From Simkaniaceae bacterium (GTDB lineage: Bacteria > Chlamydiota > Chlamydiia > Chlamydiales > JACRBE01): 64,000 nucleotides of DNA. The position numbers were made by a program, and so were the translations under genes. The notes below the pieces were generated by a model. That model was given only the letters and a program-made list of their open reading frames with translations, was not told the DNA's origin and ran no database searches. Where the stretch lies: NCBI GenBank assembly GCA_021734805.1, contig JAIPIG010000005.1:29-64028 (forward strand), read 5' to 3'. Numbering within the stretch: the first letter of the stretch is position 1; each line of letters opens with the position of its first letter. Positions 1-9,699 of the stretch are shown in pieces.

Positions 1-149
1 ACATTACCTTCCTAACAGCTTCTATTTTAAATGCTTTTGAATATTTTGTCTTCATCATATTCAGACTCCTTTGGTCTAGTTAGATGCGACAACTACGCTG
101 ACACAGGGGGAGGACTTCAATCTCAGTATTGGATTTGGAGAGTGAGTCT

Positions 150-674
150 ATGCAGGCCCGTATCAGAATGTTCAAGGCAATCGCCGGAGAAGGGGCTTTG
201 GAGAGCATTGAAGCTGCGCAATTCGAAGAGGGATATGCAGTGGAGGCTATGCGGGATCCCGAAGTGGATATGGGGCCTGAACGATTAGAAGCGTTTGAAT
301 ATTTCATCAAGGAAGGCATCAGAGGGCAATTTCTGGTATTTGAGCGGGAAGTTAAAAAGCTATTGGACTTAAGAACGACGTTTAAACAGTACATTTATCG
401 AGATGAAAGAGCTGAAAAAGCTCTGGACGAGGAGATAAGGGCATTGTATCACCGGATCAAACACAGCCTTAATGAGTTGGTGGATCATGATCTGATCATT
501 GCTACAGAGACTGATCCAAACTATTCACAATTCCTATCTATGTTAAGAATGGCAAGAGGAGTCTTACTCTCAGATAATGGGGGTGTGGCGCTATCTCCCG
601 GATTTCGGATGTTTTTAGAATGGATAGATGGGATGTTAGTGTTGGACGACGAGGCGGCTGCGGCCTCTTCTTAA
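150..674 (+). CDS. hypothetical protein (174 aa from ATG 150; ORF can also open at TTG 129)
   Basis: Open frame follows an in-frame stop at 81-83. A GGAG-like SD lies upstream of ATG 150. The product is acidic and helical, with no family motif I recognise. Confidence 0.45.
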   Translation: MQARIRMFKAIAGEGALESIEAAQFEEGYAVEAMRDPEVDMGPERLEAFEYFIKEGIRGQFLVFEREVKKLLDLRTTFKQYIYRDERAEKALDEEIRALYHRIKHSLNELVDHDLIIATETDPNYSQFLSMLRMARGVLLSDNGGVALSPGFRMFLEWIDGMLVLDDEAAAASS

Positions 675-809
675 ATAGAGTCTTATGTAGCTAATAATTA
701 GCATGTTAAGCACTTTTCTTTTGTTGGTAATATTATTTATTGGTTTAAGTGATTTTTTATTAAAAATTTGTTATAATAATTATATATTTAATAATAAATT
801 GGTGTAAAA

Positions 810-2255
810 ATGGCTATAAGTTCATTAACTGAAAGTCCTGCTTCTTCATTTTCAATTGATTCAATGAAAGCGAAACCTTTCTATGGCTCCTTTGAGCGCA
901 GCACTATGATTAAAGTGGCTATCGTTGGCGTCGCAGCCATTGCGCTTATCAGCGCCCTTGCATTCATTCCCGGAGCGCCCTTAGCAGGAATTGCCATAAT
1001 GTCACTAATCGAAGCTTACGCAGGAGCTACTGCTATAAGCGTCTTTGCAGCCGGTCTTTTGGGTTTGAACTTTTATAATAGGATAGGAAGTGCAGCCGGT
1101 ATCTTAAAAGAGATAGATGACACTATCACAAAAGGAGAAGTCCTAAGCAAGGATGATTTCAAAGACTTAGCATGGGCTCTCAGTCAGTATGATGAATCGA
1201 GTCAAGTGACGTTTGTATTGGATCGATTATCCCCGTATATTGATAAATTAGCCGGAATCGATACTGAAACTCTTCCTGCTCCAATTCAAGAATTATATTC
1301 TCAGCATATAGGAAGAGTAAAAGAGGACTTCTTAAAAAGAGATAGAGGGGTGAGAATGCCAGCAGATACAAGTTCAGAAATGGAAGAGTGTCTTACTTCA
1401 GCCCGTTATGGAGATGAAACAGAAGCAGATGTAATAGATACTGAAACAGAAAAAAATATAAATTCAGCTATAGGAAAAGGAATTACACACTTATTAGATG
1501 GATATAAGGAGCAAGTTGAAAAGGTGGAAGCCGGGGTGTTTGTCCTGAACAAAAAGTTATTCGATAATCTCAATAGCTTACGGGACTGTATCAGCAATGT
1601 TGCCGATATATCATTTGATAGTACAGAGGATGGTAATTATCTTCGATGTATCGGTCTTTTAGAAAGAATCGATGCTCAATGCGCTCCTTTGGTTTCTTTG
1701 GTTCTTAATGAACTAAAAAGCCCAGAGGGATTAAAAAGTGATGCACTCGAGGAGTGGACTAACGAGTTTATTGCTATCTATCCTTCTTGCAAAGGGGAAT
1801 CATATGCTCTTGCTAATGCCTATATCCAACGCCATCCCGAGCCGGCACTTTTTGTAAAAGATACTGAATCTCAAGTTGGAAATAAATTACTTTCGATATG
1901 GATGAGGGAGCACTCTAAAGATCATGAGATGATCAAAGGCATTCCTCTTTCTGTGATTGGTCAACTTAATATGAGCTCAGCCTCATTTAATGATTGGTTA
2001 ACTGCACATAACTTTAGCTTTGAATTACCTAATAAGCCCTCTGATGATGAGGTAAAAATGGCATTGAGTTGTGCAGCCTTTGCTGCAGATCGCAGTTGCA
2101 CTCAGGCTTCAGGTATAAAAGGGGCATGTGATTTCAAAGCATTTGATGCTAGTGTCAAAAAGATAGATGAGGAGCAAATTAAAGCCTTACGCCCTTGGTT
2201 TCAAAAAGAATGGAAAGATACTGCGATCGAACTATTTTTAGCGCATCTTGGTTAA
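810..2255 (+). CDS. hypothetical membrane protein with a bilobed hydrophobic domain (Inc-like T3S substrate candidate)
   Basis: 481-aa ORF after a very AT-rich leader. The N-terminus is Ser-rich. Two hydrophobic helices are separated by a short PGAPL loop (aa 33-86, VAIVGVAAIALISALAFIPGAPLAGIAIMSLIEAYAGATAISVFAAGLLGL). The rest is hydrophilic. Confidence 0.6.
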   Translation: MAISSLTESPASSFSIDSMKAKPFYGSFERSTMIKVAIVGVAAIALISALAFIPGAPLAGIAIMSLIEAYAGATAISVFAAGLLGLNFYNRIGSAAGILKEIDDTITKGEVLSKDDFKDLAWALSQYDESSQVTFVLDRLSPYIDKLAGIDTETLPAPIQELYSQHIGRVKEDFLKRDRGVRMPADTSSEMEECLTSARYGDETEADVIDTETEKNINSAIGKGITHLLDGYKEQVEKVEAGVFVLNKKLFDNLNSLRDCISNVADISFDSTEDGNYLRCIGLLERIDAQCAPLVSLVLNELKSPEGLKSDALEEWTNEFIAIYPSCKGESYALANAYIQRHPEPALFVKDTESQVGNKLLSIWMREHSKDHEMIKGIPLSVIGQLNMSSASFNDWLTAHNFSFELPNKPSDDEVKMALSCAAFAADRSCTQASGIKGACDFKAFDASVKKIDEEQIKALRPWFQKEWKDTAIELFLAHLG

Positions 2256-2324
2256 GAGGGATATTTCATGATAATTTTTTTTTGTTTTGGTAGGCTTTGT
2301 CCTCTAATTGTGTGCAATTAGATA

Positions 2325-2768
2325 CTAGCCATTGACAACGTGGTCTTCAGAGAGTTGGTCATCGACTGAGTTGCAGATTTGCTCGATGTTATGGAGCATC
2401 ACTTCCGTTTGGGCTTCATCCAGCGCGCAGGCGAGGATCACTTCTTTGATATGAGAGGTATCTTTAGATTCTAATTGGCGTTTGGCTGCGGAGTAAAGAG
2501 AGATTTTTTCATGGGGTGATGACTGGGAGCGGATCGGTTCATGAATCAGGTTTTGAATCAGTTCGGCGTCGACTGCTAAATCTTCATCCGGATGCGTTTT
2601 TTTTATTTCATCGATTGTATGGTCGATCTCATCAATCATTTCAGCCAGATGGCAGCAGAGACCTTCGTTAAAAGTTTTTTCTTTGCTCACTTCCGTGATT
2701 GCTTTTTCTGCATGATCGCGCAGTTCAATCAACTTATTTCTAAATTTATGGCCTAGCTCTTTGTTCAT
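2325..2768 (-). CDS. hypothetical acidic helical protein
   Basis: 147-aa ORF with an ATG start and no recognisable motif. It lies in the accessory block with the two genes above. Confidence 0.45.
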   Translation of the reverse strand: MNKELGHKFRNKLIELRDHAEKAITEVSKEKTFNEGLCCHLAEMIDEIDHTIDEIKKTHPDEDLAVDAELIQNLIHEPIRSQSSPHEKISLYSAAKRQLESKDTSHIKEVILACALDEAQTEVMLHNIEQICNSVDDQLSEDHVVNG

Positions 2769-2802
2769 CGCTTCCCTGTGGGTTTATTTCAGTATATAGC
2801 GG

Positions 2803-3531
2803 CTAGGGTGAATGCGTGCAAGGGCGAAGTTGTCTAGAAATTTCAGCGGCGGCAATTGCAAAGGCTGAGGCAACGTTGAGAGAGTTTTTAGTCCCAAAGA
2901 GGGGGATTTCAACAATGGCATCGGCTAGAGAGAGAAGTTCGTTTGAGAGGCCATACTCTTCGTTGCCGAGGAGGAGGGTGAAATGTGTGGGGAAAGAGAA
3001 GTCGTAGAGAGAGGTCGCCTTTTGGTGTGTTTCTAGAGCGATGAATGGGCGGGGAAGCGCGTTGAGGTCGCGGTGGCAGTTGAGATGGGCGGCTGTCCCT
3101 TTAGAGGTTGCTAAAACCTTAGGATGGTCGGCAAAGGGAGTCCTTTTAGAAAAGCCAATACTACACATGCCAAAAGATTCGGCTGTGCGAAGGATCGCTC
3201 CCACGTTGTGGGCTGAGCGAAGGTGATCGAGATAGAGGCTCGCTTTGAGAGGGGGCGCTGAGTGGATGCGATCAAAGCGTTTCATTTCGGGGAGAAAGTG
3301 ATGTTCATTCAGGGGGGTGCAGGCAAGGGCAAGGTGCTCGTGGTAGCGGTCACAGAGGTATTCAAAAGAAGAGCATGGCTCGAGTTTGAGCCATGAGGCG
3401 ATCTCGTTGTAGTGATCGAGTAGGTCTTGCCGAGTTGTCAGGGCAAGTTTGAGGATTTCAGCCGCATTTTTATGTTGCCGTTTCAGGGGAAGGGAGGTGA
3501 ACTTCTCATAGGTAAAGCGTGTGGGTTGCAT
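2803..3531 (-). CDS. SpoU/TrmH-family RNA 2'-O-methyltransferase
   Basis: C-terminal SPOUT motifs are present: LLLGNEEYGLS and IPLFGTKNSLNVASAFAIA. Confidence 0.8.
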   Translation of the reverse strand: MQPTRFTYEKFTSLPLKRQHKNAAEILKLALTTRQDLLDHYNEIASWLKLEPCSSFEYLCDRYHEHLALACTPLNEHHFLPEMKRFDRIHSAPPLKASLYLDHLRSAHNVGAILRTAESFGMCSIGFSKRTPFADHPKVLATSKGTAAHLNCHRDLNALPRPFIALETHQKATSLYDFSFPTHFTLLLGNEEYGLSNELLSLADAIVEIPLFGTKNSLNVASAFAIAAAEISRQLRPCTHSP

Positions 3532-3534
3532 GGG

Positions 3535-5118
3535 CTACTTTTTGCGTTGAGCAAAAAACTCTTCCAGGTTGCCGTTAAAGACATGGATGCCATCCGGTTC
3601 GATCGAGATAATGCGGTTGGCAAAGGTGTCGATCAGGTCGCGGTCGTGAGCGGCAACAATGACGGTTCCCTTGTATTCATCGAGTCCCCAACCAAGAGAA
3701 GAGACGGCTTCAAGGTCGAGGTGGTTATTGGGTTCATCGAGGATAAGGGTGTTTTGATTGACGAGCATGAGCGACGCGAGGATCATTCGGGCCGTTTCGC
3801 CTCCGGAGAGGTTGCCGATTTTTTTAAAGACATCATCGCCCGGAAATAGGAGTTTTCCAAGGACGCCGCGCACATCTTGTTCGTAGGCACTCGACTTTTT
3901 ATCTTTCAGCCAGTCATAGAGGCTGATGGGGAGTGTTTTGTCGATGATATCTTTGTGTTCTTGAGGGAAGTAGCCAAATTTTATGTTATGTCCGATGGTA
4001 ATCGAGCCGCTATCGGGTTGCAAATGGCCTGATAAAAGGCGGAGCAGGGTTGTTTTTCCCATTCCGTTATGTCCAATGATCGCAATTTTATCGCCGCGCA
4101 TCACTTCTAGGCTAAAGTTGTGAATCACCTGTTTATCATCAAAAGATTTAGAGATATTCTTCACTTTAAACGCAATCTGACCCGATTGGGTTTCAGGGGG
4201 TTCAAAGCGGATATAGGGGCGTTGGATATTCGATTTTTTGAGGTCTTGGGGTTGGAGGCGGTTCATTTCGCGGAGGCGCGATTGGACTTGAGATGCGCGT
4301 GTTCCCGCGCCGAATTTTGCCACAAATTCTTTGAGTTGGGAGATTTTCTTTTCTTTGTTTTTGATATCTTGGAGTTCTCGACCGCGCAGCTCGGATTTAG
4401 TGACGACCATTTCGTCGTAGTTTCCCGGATAGATGATGATGGTATCATAATCGATATCGGCAATATGGGTGGTTACCGTGTTGAGGAAGTGGCGGTCGTG
4501 GCTCACGACGATCAATATGCCTCTGTAATTGAGGAGAAATTGCTCGAGCCAGCCGATGGAATCGAGGTCGAGGTGGTTGGTTGGCTCATCGAGAAGAAGA
4601 GCTTCGGGTTCTCCAAAAAGGGCTTGGCAAAGAAGGACTTTAAATTGCGTGTCATTGGGTTGGGTTTTCATTTGGAGGTTGTGAAACTCTTCTGAGATTC
4701 CGACACCTGTGAGTAGGATTTGGGCATCCGATTCGGCCGTATAGCCACCTTCATCGGCGATTTGCTCTTCAATCTCTCCGAGTTTAATGCCGACTTCATC
4801 GGTCATTTCCACTTCGTAGAGGCGCTCGCGCTCTTCGAGGAGTTTCCAGAGTTTACTATTCCCTTGAATCACCACATCGATAATTTTTTGCTCTTTAAAG
4901 TCATCAATATTTTGGCGCAAGAAGCCCACTTTTTTAGGAAGGGCAACTTCACCGCTTGTTTGCTCTTCAACGCCCATCATAATTTTGAGCAGAGTCGATT
5001 TACCCGCTCCATTAGGGCCGGTTAAACCGTAGCGGTTGCCCGGATTAAATGAGGCTGAAACTTCATCAAAAAGAACGCGACTTCCAATTTTTTTTGAAAT
5101 TTTATTTAATCCAATCAT
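3535..5118 (-). CDS. ABC-F family ATPase (two nucleotide-binding domains, no TM domain)
   Basis: Two Walker A sites (GPNGAGKSTLL, GHNGMGKTTLL), an LSGGE signature and two Walker B sites (LLLDEPTNHLD, LILDEPNNHLD). Confidence 0.9.
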   Translation of the reverse strand: MIGLNKISKKIGSRVLFDEVSASFNPGNRYGLTGPNGAGKSTLLKIMMGVEEQTSGEVALPKKVGFLRQNIDDFKEQKIIDVVIQGNSKLWKLLEERERLYEVEMTDEVGIKLGEIEEQIADEGGYTAESDAQILLTGVGISEEFHNLQMKTQPNDTQFKVLLCQALFGEPEALLLDEPTNHLDLDSIGWLEQFLLNYRGILIVVSHDRHFLNTVTTHIADIDYDTIIIYPGNYDEMVVTKSELRGRELQDIKNKEKKISQLKEFVAKFGAGTRASQVQSRLREMNRLQPQDLKKSNIQRPYIRFEPPETQSGQIAFKVKNISKSFDDKQVIHNFSLEVMRGDKIAIIGHNGMGKTTLLRLLSGHLQPDSGSITIGHNIKFGYFPQEHKDIIDKTLPISLYDWLKDKKSSAYEQDVRGVLGKLLFPGDDVFKKIGNLSGGETARMILASLMLVNQNTLILDEPNNHLDLEAVSSLGWGLDEYKGTVIVAAHDRDLIDTFANRIISIEPDGIHVFNGNLEEFFAQRKK

Positions 5119-5171
5119 GAAGACCCTTATATTAAGCTGAAAAATAAAGTGATTGCTTAAAGTGTAACAAA

Positions 5172-6086
5172 ATGAAGATTTTAGAGGAATTTTTAAGATA
5201 TCAAAAGGTGATTAAACAGGCCTCTCTTCACACACTGCGAGCCTATGAGATCGATCTTAAAAAATTTTTTAGCTTTTTGGGCGAACAAGGGCTTGGTTTT
5301 GAGGCAGTCAAGAGAAGGGATTTAAGGATTTTTTTAGATCAGCTCCATCAAAAGCGCTATAAGAAAAGGACGACTCTTAGGTGTATTGCCGCTCTGCGAT
5401 CGTTTTATAAGTATGCGGTGCTTCAGGGGGTGATGGATTTTAACCCTATGCATGAGCTCGATAATCTCAAGCTCGACAAGCCGATTCCCAAAGCACTTAC
5501 GATAGATGAGGTCGATGCCTTTTTAGAGCTCCCCGATACGGGGGCTTTTTTGGGATTGCGCGATCGGGCTTTGCTTGAGCTTCTGTATAGTTCGGGAATT
5601 CGGATTAGCGAGCTCGTTGGGCTCAATCGCAACGATATCGATTTTAGAGAGAGTGTCATGCGCATTCGAGGAAAAGGAAAGAAAGAGAGGGTTGTCCCCC
5701 TCACAAAAATGGCTATGGGCTGGCTCCAAAGATATCTCACCTCGCATGAGAGGCTGATCGATGGGACGTGGCATAAGAAAGAGCGCGATCATCAGGCGGT
5801 TTTTCTCAATCGTTGGGGGAAGCGGCTGTCTTTGCGCTCTTGCGATCGATTATTCAACGTATACCGGCTCAAATCGGGAATGCCCCACCAAATTACCCCC
5901 CACTTATTGCGCCATACCATTGCAACACATTGGCTTGAAAATGGGATGGATTTAAAAACGATTCAGGAGATTCTAGGGCATGAGTCGCTCTCAACAACGC
6001 AAGTTTACACTAAGGTGTCTCAGAGTCATCGCCGCGCTGTGTATGAAAGGGCGCATCCTTTGATGCAAGAAAAAAAAGGGAGCTAG
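5172..6086 (+). CDS. tyrosine site-specific recombinase, XerC/XerD family
   Basis: Catalytic-region motifs RGKGKKERVVPL, HLLRHTIATHWL and LGHESLSTTQVYT. I cannot tell XerC from XerD by eye. Confidence 0.9.
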   Translation: MKILEEFLRYQKVIKQASLHTLRAYEIDLKKFFSFLGEQGLGFEAVKRRDLRIFLDQLHQKRYKKRTTLRCIAALRSFYKYAVLQGVMDFNPMHELDNLKLDKPIPKALTIDEVDAFLELPDTGAFLGLRDRALLELLYSSGIRISELVGLNRNDIDFRESVMRIRGKGKKERVVPLTKMAMGWLQRYLTSHERLIDGTWHKKERDHQAVFLNRWGKRLSLRSCDRLFNVYRLKSGMPHQITPHLLRHTIATHWLENGMDLKTIQEILGHESLSTTQVYTKVSQSHRRAVYERAHPLMQEKKGS

Positions 6087-6102
6087 AAAAATTCTAGCTC
6101 CC
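6070..6102 (-). terminator. rho-independent terminator of rnpB, embedded in the 3' coding end of xerC/D
   Basis: Perfect 11-bp stem (6078-6088 pairs with 6092-6102) with a 3-nt loop. On the minus strand it is followed by a run of 8 T (6070-6077). Confidence 0.7.
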
Positions 6103-6106
6103 TCAT

Positions 6107-6468
6107 AAGGAGATGATTAAGCCGGATTCTGTCGAGGGTAATCATTCATCTTGGAGTTATGTCACCATAACCCTCTAGCGACTCACATTTCTCGGTGCCC
6201 GGGCGGATGCACCCGTAATCGGCGTTGAGATATCTTGCTTCAGATAGGGTTTACAACTGCATCTCTTTCGAGGTGTCAGACGAACTCACAAAGTTCGACG
6301 TTTCAGCCTGTCCACTGCTAGTTGCAGTAGCGGAATGGTTTCTGTTGCACTTTCCGTAGCCTCACGGCCCCCAGTCTTTCTCTGGTATCCCATCCTGCGA
6401 AGTCCAGACTTTCCTCCCCTCTATGCATCAAACTCGTATGCATGAGGAGCGATTACCTTTATCTCCTT
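6107..6468 (-). ncRNA. rnpB: RNase P RNA (bacterial type A)
   Basis: The minus strand reads GGGGAGGAAAGTCTGGACT (the universal GAGGAAAGUCC box). Near the 3' end it reads AGATGAATGATTACCCTCGACAGAATCCGGCTTA (the ACAGAAnCCGGCUUA box). The ends AAGGAGAT and ATCTCCTT can pair as helix P1. Confidence 0.88.
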
Positions 6469-6474
6469 AAAAAA

Positions 6475-7242
6475 TTAGACGGCAGCGGCTCTTCGGCGAC
6501 GGCGACGGCCCTGTGTTTTATCCGCTTCTTGGTCTTCTGCTTCTTGCCAGTAGTGGATACGAGAGCAGTGTTCACAAAACGTGAGGTTTTCACCTTTGCG
6601 AACGAGATTCTCATGTTGAGCTGTCAAAGCAATATGGCATCCGCTGCATGTGCGGTTTTCAATTGGCACAAGGACGCGGTTTTTCTTGTTTTTCATCAGT
6701 CTTTCGTAGATCGCTAAAATAACGGGATCTGCGTCTTTAGCAAGATCATCGCGTTTTATTTTTAAAGCTTGTCCTTCGACATTGATTTCGCGAATGTTTG
6801 CATTGATCTCGGCTTCGATCTCTTTTCCGCTGGCTTCAGAAGCACTAAGGCTTACTTTGATTTTCTCTAAGATCTCTTCCTCAAGCATTTTTTTGTCGAC
6901 AAGGTTGGAGAGATTGTGTTCAACGGATGTTTTTTCACGACCGGCGAGGGCGAGCTCCTGTGTCAGGGCATTGAATTCATCAATTTTTTTGACTTCAGAT
7001 TGTTTCGCTTCAATCGATTTGATTTTCTCTTTCAGCTTAATGATTTTTTCTTCGAGCTCATTGATCTCGCGGTTCATCGTTTCAATGTCTTCCTCTTTTT
7101 TGGAGAGCTGAAGGCGGAGTTCCGAAGTGAGCTGTTCGATCTGAGTGAGTTCCTTTTGACGTTGGCGTTTTAGCCTAATCAAGCGGATCATCTTCACATC
7201 GAGCTCTTGAATATCTAAAATATTTTTTAATGAACTGAGCAT
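6475..7242 (-). CDS. coiled-coil protein with a C-terminal C4 zinc ribbon (COG1579-like)
   Basis: Long heptad-rich K/E region, then CSGCHIALT...FCEHCSRIHYW (CxxC...CxxC), then a poly-Arg tail GRRRRRRAAAV. Confidence 0.75.
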   Translation of the reverse strand: MLSSLKNILDIQELDVKMIRLIRLKRQRQKELTQIEQLTSELRLQLSKKEEDIETMNREINELEEKIIKLKEKIKSIEAKQSEVKKIDEFNALTQELALAGREKTSVEHNLSNLVDKKMLEEEILEKIKVSLSASEASGKEIEAEINANIREINVEGQALKIKRDDLAKDADPVILAIYERLMKNKKNRVLVPIENRTCSGCHIALTAQHENLVRKGENLTFCEHCSRIHYWQEAEDQEADKTQGRRRRRRAAAV

Positions 7243-7291
7243 GATATTTTCTGCCGAATGTTATGTTTAGAATGATTTGGTTGAAAATATA

Positions 7292-7340
7292 CCTGATCAA
7301 TTGATCTTTTTCAAGCGATTCTTCATTCATTTCGGTATAT
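7292..7340. repeat. truncated right end of MITE-like family A
   Basis: cctgat...gattcttcattcatttcggtatat matches the right terminus of the full copies (ccaattcttcaactcatttcggtata). Confidence 0.4.
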
Positions 7341-7384
7341 TTTGTCGAAATGCCCCTTGAGTTAAAGCAAGCAAGGGTGGTAGC

Positions 7385-7515
7385 CTCGACTTTGCAACTT
7401 TTTGGACCTGAAGGCCTCGGGATATTTGGTTTTAATAATCTCCTAGTTCGACCTTAGGTCGGACGCCCAAGAGCAAAGATCTAGGCAGGCGGGTTCAAAA
7501 AATTGTAAAGTCGAG
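7385..7515 (+). repeat. MITE-like family B, short form lacking the central hairpin module
   Basis: Ends ctcgactttgcaactttttgg ... aaaaaattgtaaagtcgag. It aligns along its length with 36064-36246 except for a roughly 48-bp internal gap. Confidence 0.8.
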
Positions 7516-7557
7516 GCATCCTGTCTTGCAGTACGCCGGTTAAACGCACGAGGTGAT

Positions 7558-9045
7558 ATGGGAAAATTTTTAAATCACTACTTAGCTCAAACCCCTGAAG
7601 AAAAACGCGATGATGCTGCCATTGCTTGGATTGCGGCGCTCGATGCCGTCAGTCGGATCGAGCCTAAAGTGGCAGAGGCCGTTGTCAGCGAATTGACGGC
7701 CCAGCGCAGCACGCTTAAAATGATTGCTTCGGAAAATTATTGTTCGCTTCCCGTTCAACTCGCTATGGGGAATTTGTTGACGGACAAATACTCGGAAGGC
7801 TCTCCTCACCACCGCTTTTATGCCGGGTGTGAAAATGTCGATTCAGTTGAGGATTTAGCCGTTGAAAAGCTCAAAAAATTATTTGGGTGTGATCATGCCT
7901 ATGTTCAGCCTCATTCGGGAGCGGATGCCAATTTAGTCGCTTTTTGGTCCATTATTGTCCAAAAGGTGCAGGATAAGGAAGTTGAGAGGCTCGGTAAAAA
8001 GACGCCCATGCAATTGAGCGAAGAAGAGTATGAAAAAGTGCGGCAGTTGATGGTAAATCAAAAAGTGATGGGGATGTCTCTCAATGCGGGGGGGCATTTG
8101 ACTCATGGGTATCGTCTCAATGTCTCGTCTAAAATGATGCACGCCTTTACGTATGATGTTGATCCCAAAACGCATCTGCTTGACTATAAGGCGATTGAAA
8201 AACAGGCGATGGAGGTGAAACCATTGATTCTGATTGCCGGATATTCGGCCTATCCGCGCCTGATTGATTTTGCCAAAATGAGGGAAATTGCCGATCGTTC
8301 GGGTGCCGTCTTGATGGTTGATATGGCGCATTTTGCCGGGTTAGTTGCAGGAAGGGCGATTGCGGGCAATTACAATCCCATTCCCTTTGCCCACGTCGTC
8401 ACCTCGACAACGCACAAAACACTGCGCGGCCCCCGTGGAGGACTTGTTATTTGTACAAGCGAGTTTAAAGAAACGGTCGACAAGGGGTGTCCGATTGTGC
8501 TGGGAGGTCCGTTGCCACATGTGATGGCGGCAAAGGCCATTGCCTTTGAAGAAGCGCTATCCGTTTCTTATCAAGAGTATGCTGAGCAAGTGATCAAAAA
8601 TAGCCGTGCTCTGGCCGATGAATTGATGAAAAATGGGATCAAACTCGTCACGGATGGAACGGATAATCACCTCATTGTCATGGATGTCAATCAGAGTTTT
8701 GGCCTCAATGGCCGTCATGCAGAGAATGCTTTGTTAAAAGCGGGTATTACCGTCAATCGCAATACGGTCCCATTCGATACCAATGGACCTTGGTATACGT
8801 CGGGGATACGCGTGGGAGTGGCAGCGTTGACGACAAGGGGATTGAAAGAAGATGAGATGCGCAGATGTGCACAAATAATTTTTAGATTATTGCGTCACAC
8901 TTCACCTAAACTTCTTGAAAAATCTGACGGTTTCAGTAAAAATGAAGTGGTGATTGAAAAAAGACATTTAGAGGATTGTCAAAAAGCAATTCAAGAGCTT
9001 TTAGAGCAATTTCCTCTCTATAGAGAGCTAAGCACATTTAAGTAA
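7558..9045 (+). CDS. glyA: serine hydroxymethyltransferase
   Basis: PLP-lysine motif TSTTHKTLRGPRGG. SD GAGGTGAT lies immediately before the ATG. Followed by clpP-dapF as in Chlamydia. Confidence 0.95.
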   Translation: MGKFLNHYLAQTPEEKRDDAAIAWIAALDAVSRIEPKVAEAVVSELTAQRSTLKMIASENYCSLPVQLAMGNLLTDKYSEGSPHHRFYAGCENVDSVEDLAVEKLKKLFGCDHAYVQPHSGADANLVAFWSIIVQKVQDKEVERLGKKTPMQLSEEEYEKVRQLMVNQKVMGMSLNAGGHLTHGYRLNVSSKMMHAFTYDVDPKTHLLDYKAIEKQAMEVKPLILIAGYSAYPRLIDFAKMREIADRSGAVLMVDMAHFAGLVAGRAIAGNYNPIPFAHVVTSTTHKTLRGPRGGLVICTSEFKETVDKGCPIVLGGPLPHVMAAKAIAFEEALSVSYQEYAEQVIKNSRALADELMKNGIKLVTDGTDNHLIVMDVNQSFGLNGRHAENALLKAGITVNRNTVPFDTNGPWYTSGIRVGVAALTTRGLKEDEMRRCAQIIFRLLRHTSPKLLEKSDGFSKNEVVIEKRHLEDCQKAIQELLEQFPLYRELSTFK

Positions 9046-9061
9046 AAGGAGCCAAGCGATA

Positions 9062-9691
9062 ATGGAAAGAGCATTTCACCTCGAAGACGAAGATGAAGAT
9101 GAAGAAATGGATTCTAAACATATTGAAAAAGGGATTGACAAACGGATTGATGAATTTCTATTAAAAAAAAGATTCATCTTTTTATCTACCGCGGTTGATC
9201 AAGAGAGCACAAAGGATATTATTCGCAAACTCTGGTTTTTAGAGATGCAAGCACCCGGCAAGCCTGTCTTATTCATCATTAACTCACCCGGGGGATCGGT
9301 TGATTGCGGATTTGCCATTTGGGATCAAATTAACATGATGACATCGCCCGTTTCAACGCTCGTCACAGGTTTAGCGGCATCGATGGGTTCTTTATTAGCA
9401 CTCGTTGCTCCTAAGGGAAGGCGATTTGTGACACCTCGGTCGCGCATTATGATTCACCAGCCCCGTGTTTCGGGTGTGATTCGCGGCCAGGCGACGGATC
9501 TCGAGATTCATGCCAAAGAGATATTGAAAACGCGCAATGAGCTTGTGCAAATTTATGTCGATGCAACCGGGCAGCCCAAGGAAAAAGTAGAGCGAGACCT
9601 CGATCGCGATACATGGCTTTCGGCTACGGAAGCCCTTGAGTATGGTCTTGTTGATAAGATTGTGTCGAGCTATCAAGAAATAGGCTTTTAA
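9062..9691 (+). CDS. clpP: ATP-dependent Clp protease proteolytic subunit (ClpP1-type, acidic N-terminal extension)
   Basis: [10 protein letters not shown] (Ser), RIMIHQP (His) and the LDRDTWLSA region. N-terminus reads EDEDEDEEMD. Confidence 0.9.
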   Translation: MERAFHLEDEDEDEEMDSKHIEKGIDKRIDEFLLKKRFIFLSTAVDQESTKDIIRKLWFLEMQAPGKPVLFIINSPGGSVDCGFAIWDQINMMTSPVSTLVTGLAASMGSLLALVAPKGRRFVTPRSRIMIHQPRVSGVIRGQATDLEIHAKEILKTRNELVQIYVDATGQPKEKVERDLDRDTWLSATEALEYGLVDKIVSSYQEIGF

Positions 9692-9699
9692 TCGCGAAA

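Noticed and set aside
31-394. ORFs at 31-288 (+) and 80-394 (-) at the window start.
   Set aside because: They overlap the better-supported 150-674 frame and each other. Both translations are low-complexity, and the window edge prevents any further assessment.
4120-4695. 191-aa plus-strand ORF inside the ABC-F gene. Similar long antisense or alternate-frame ORFs occur at 3427-3849, 4720-5025, 7933-8331, 11368-11769, 18551-19051, 46742-47275, 46932-47384 and 52788-53168.
   Set aside because: Each lies entirely within a gene whose product has strong family motifs. Their translations are low-complexity or motif-free. They are typical shadow ORFs.
6442-6717. 91-aa plus-strand ORF spanning the rnpB 5' end and the zinc-ribbon gene 3' end.
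   Set aside because: It is antisense to a well-supported CDS and overlaps the RNase P RNA. It has no motif.
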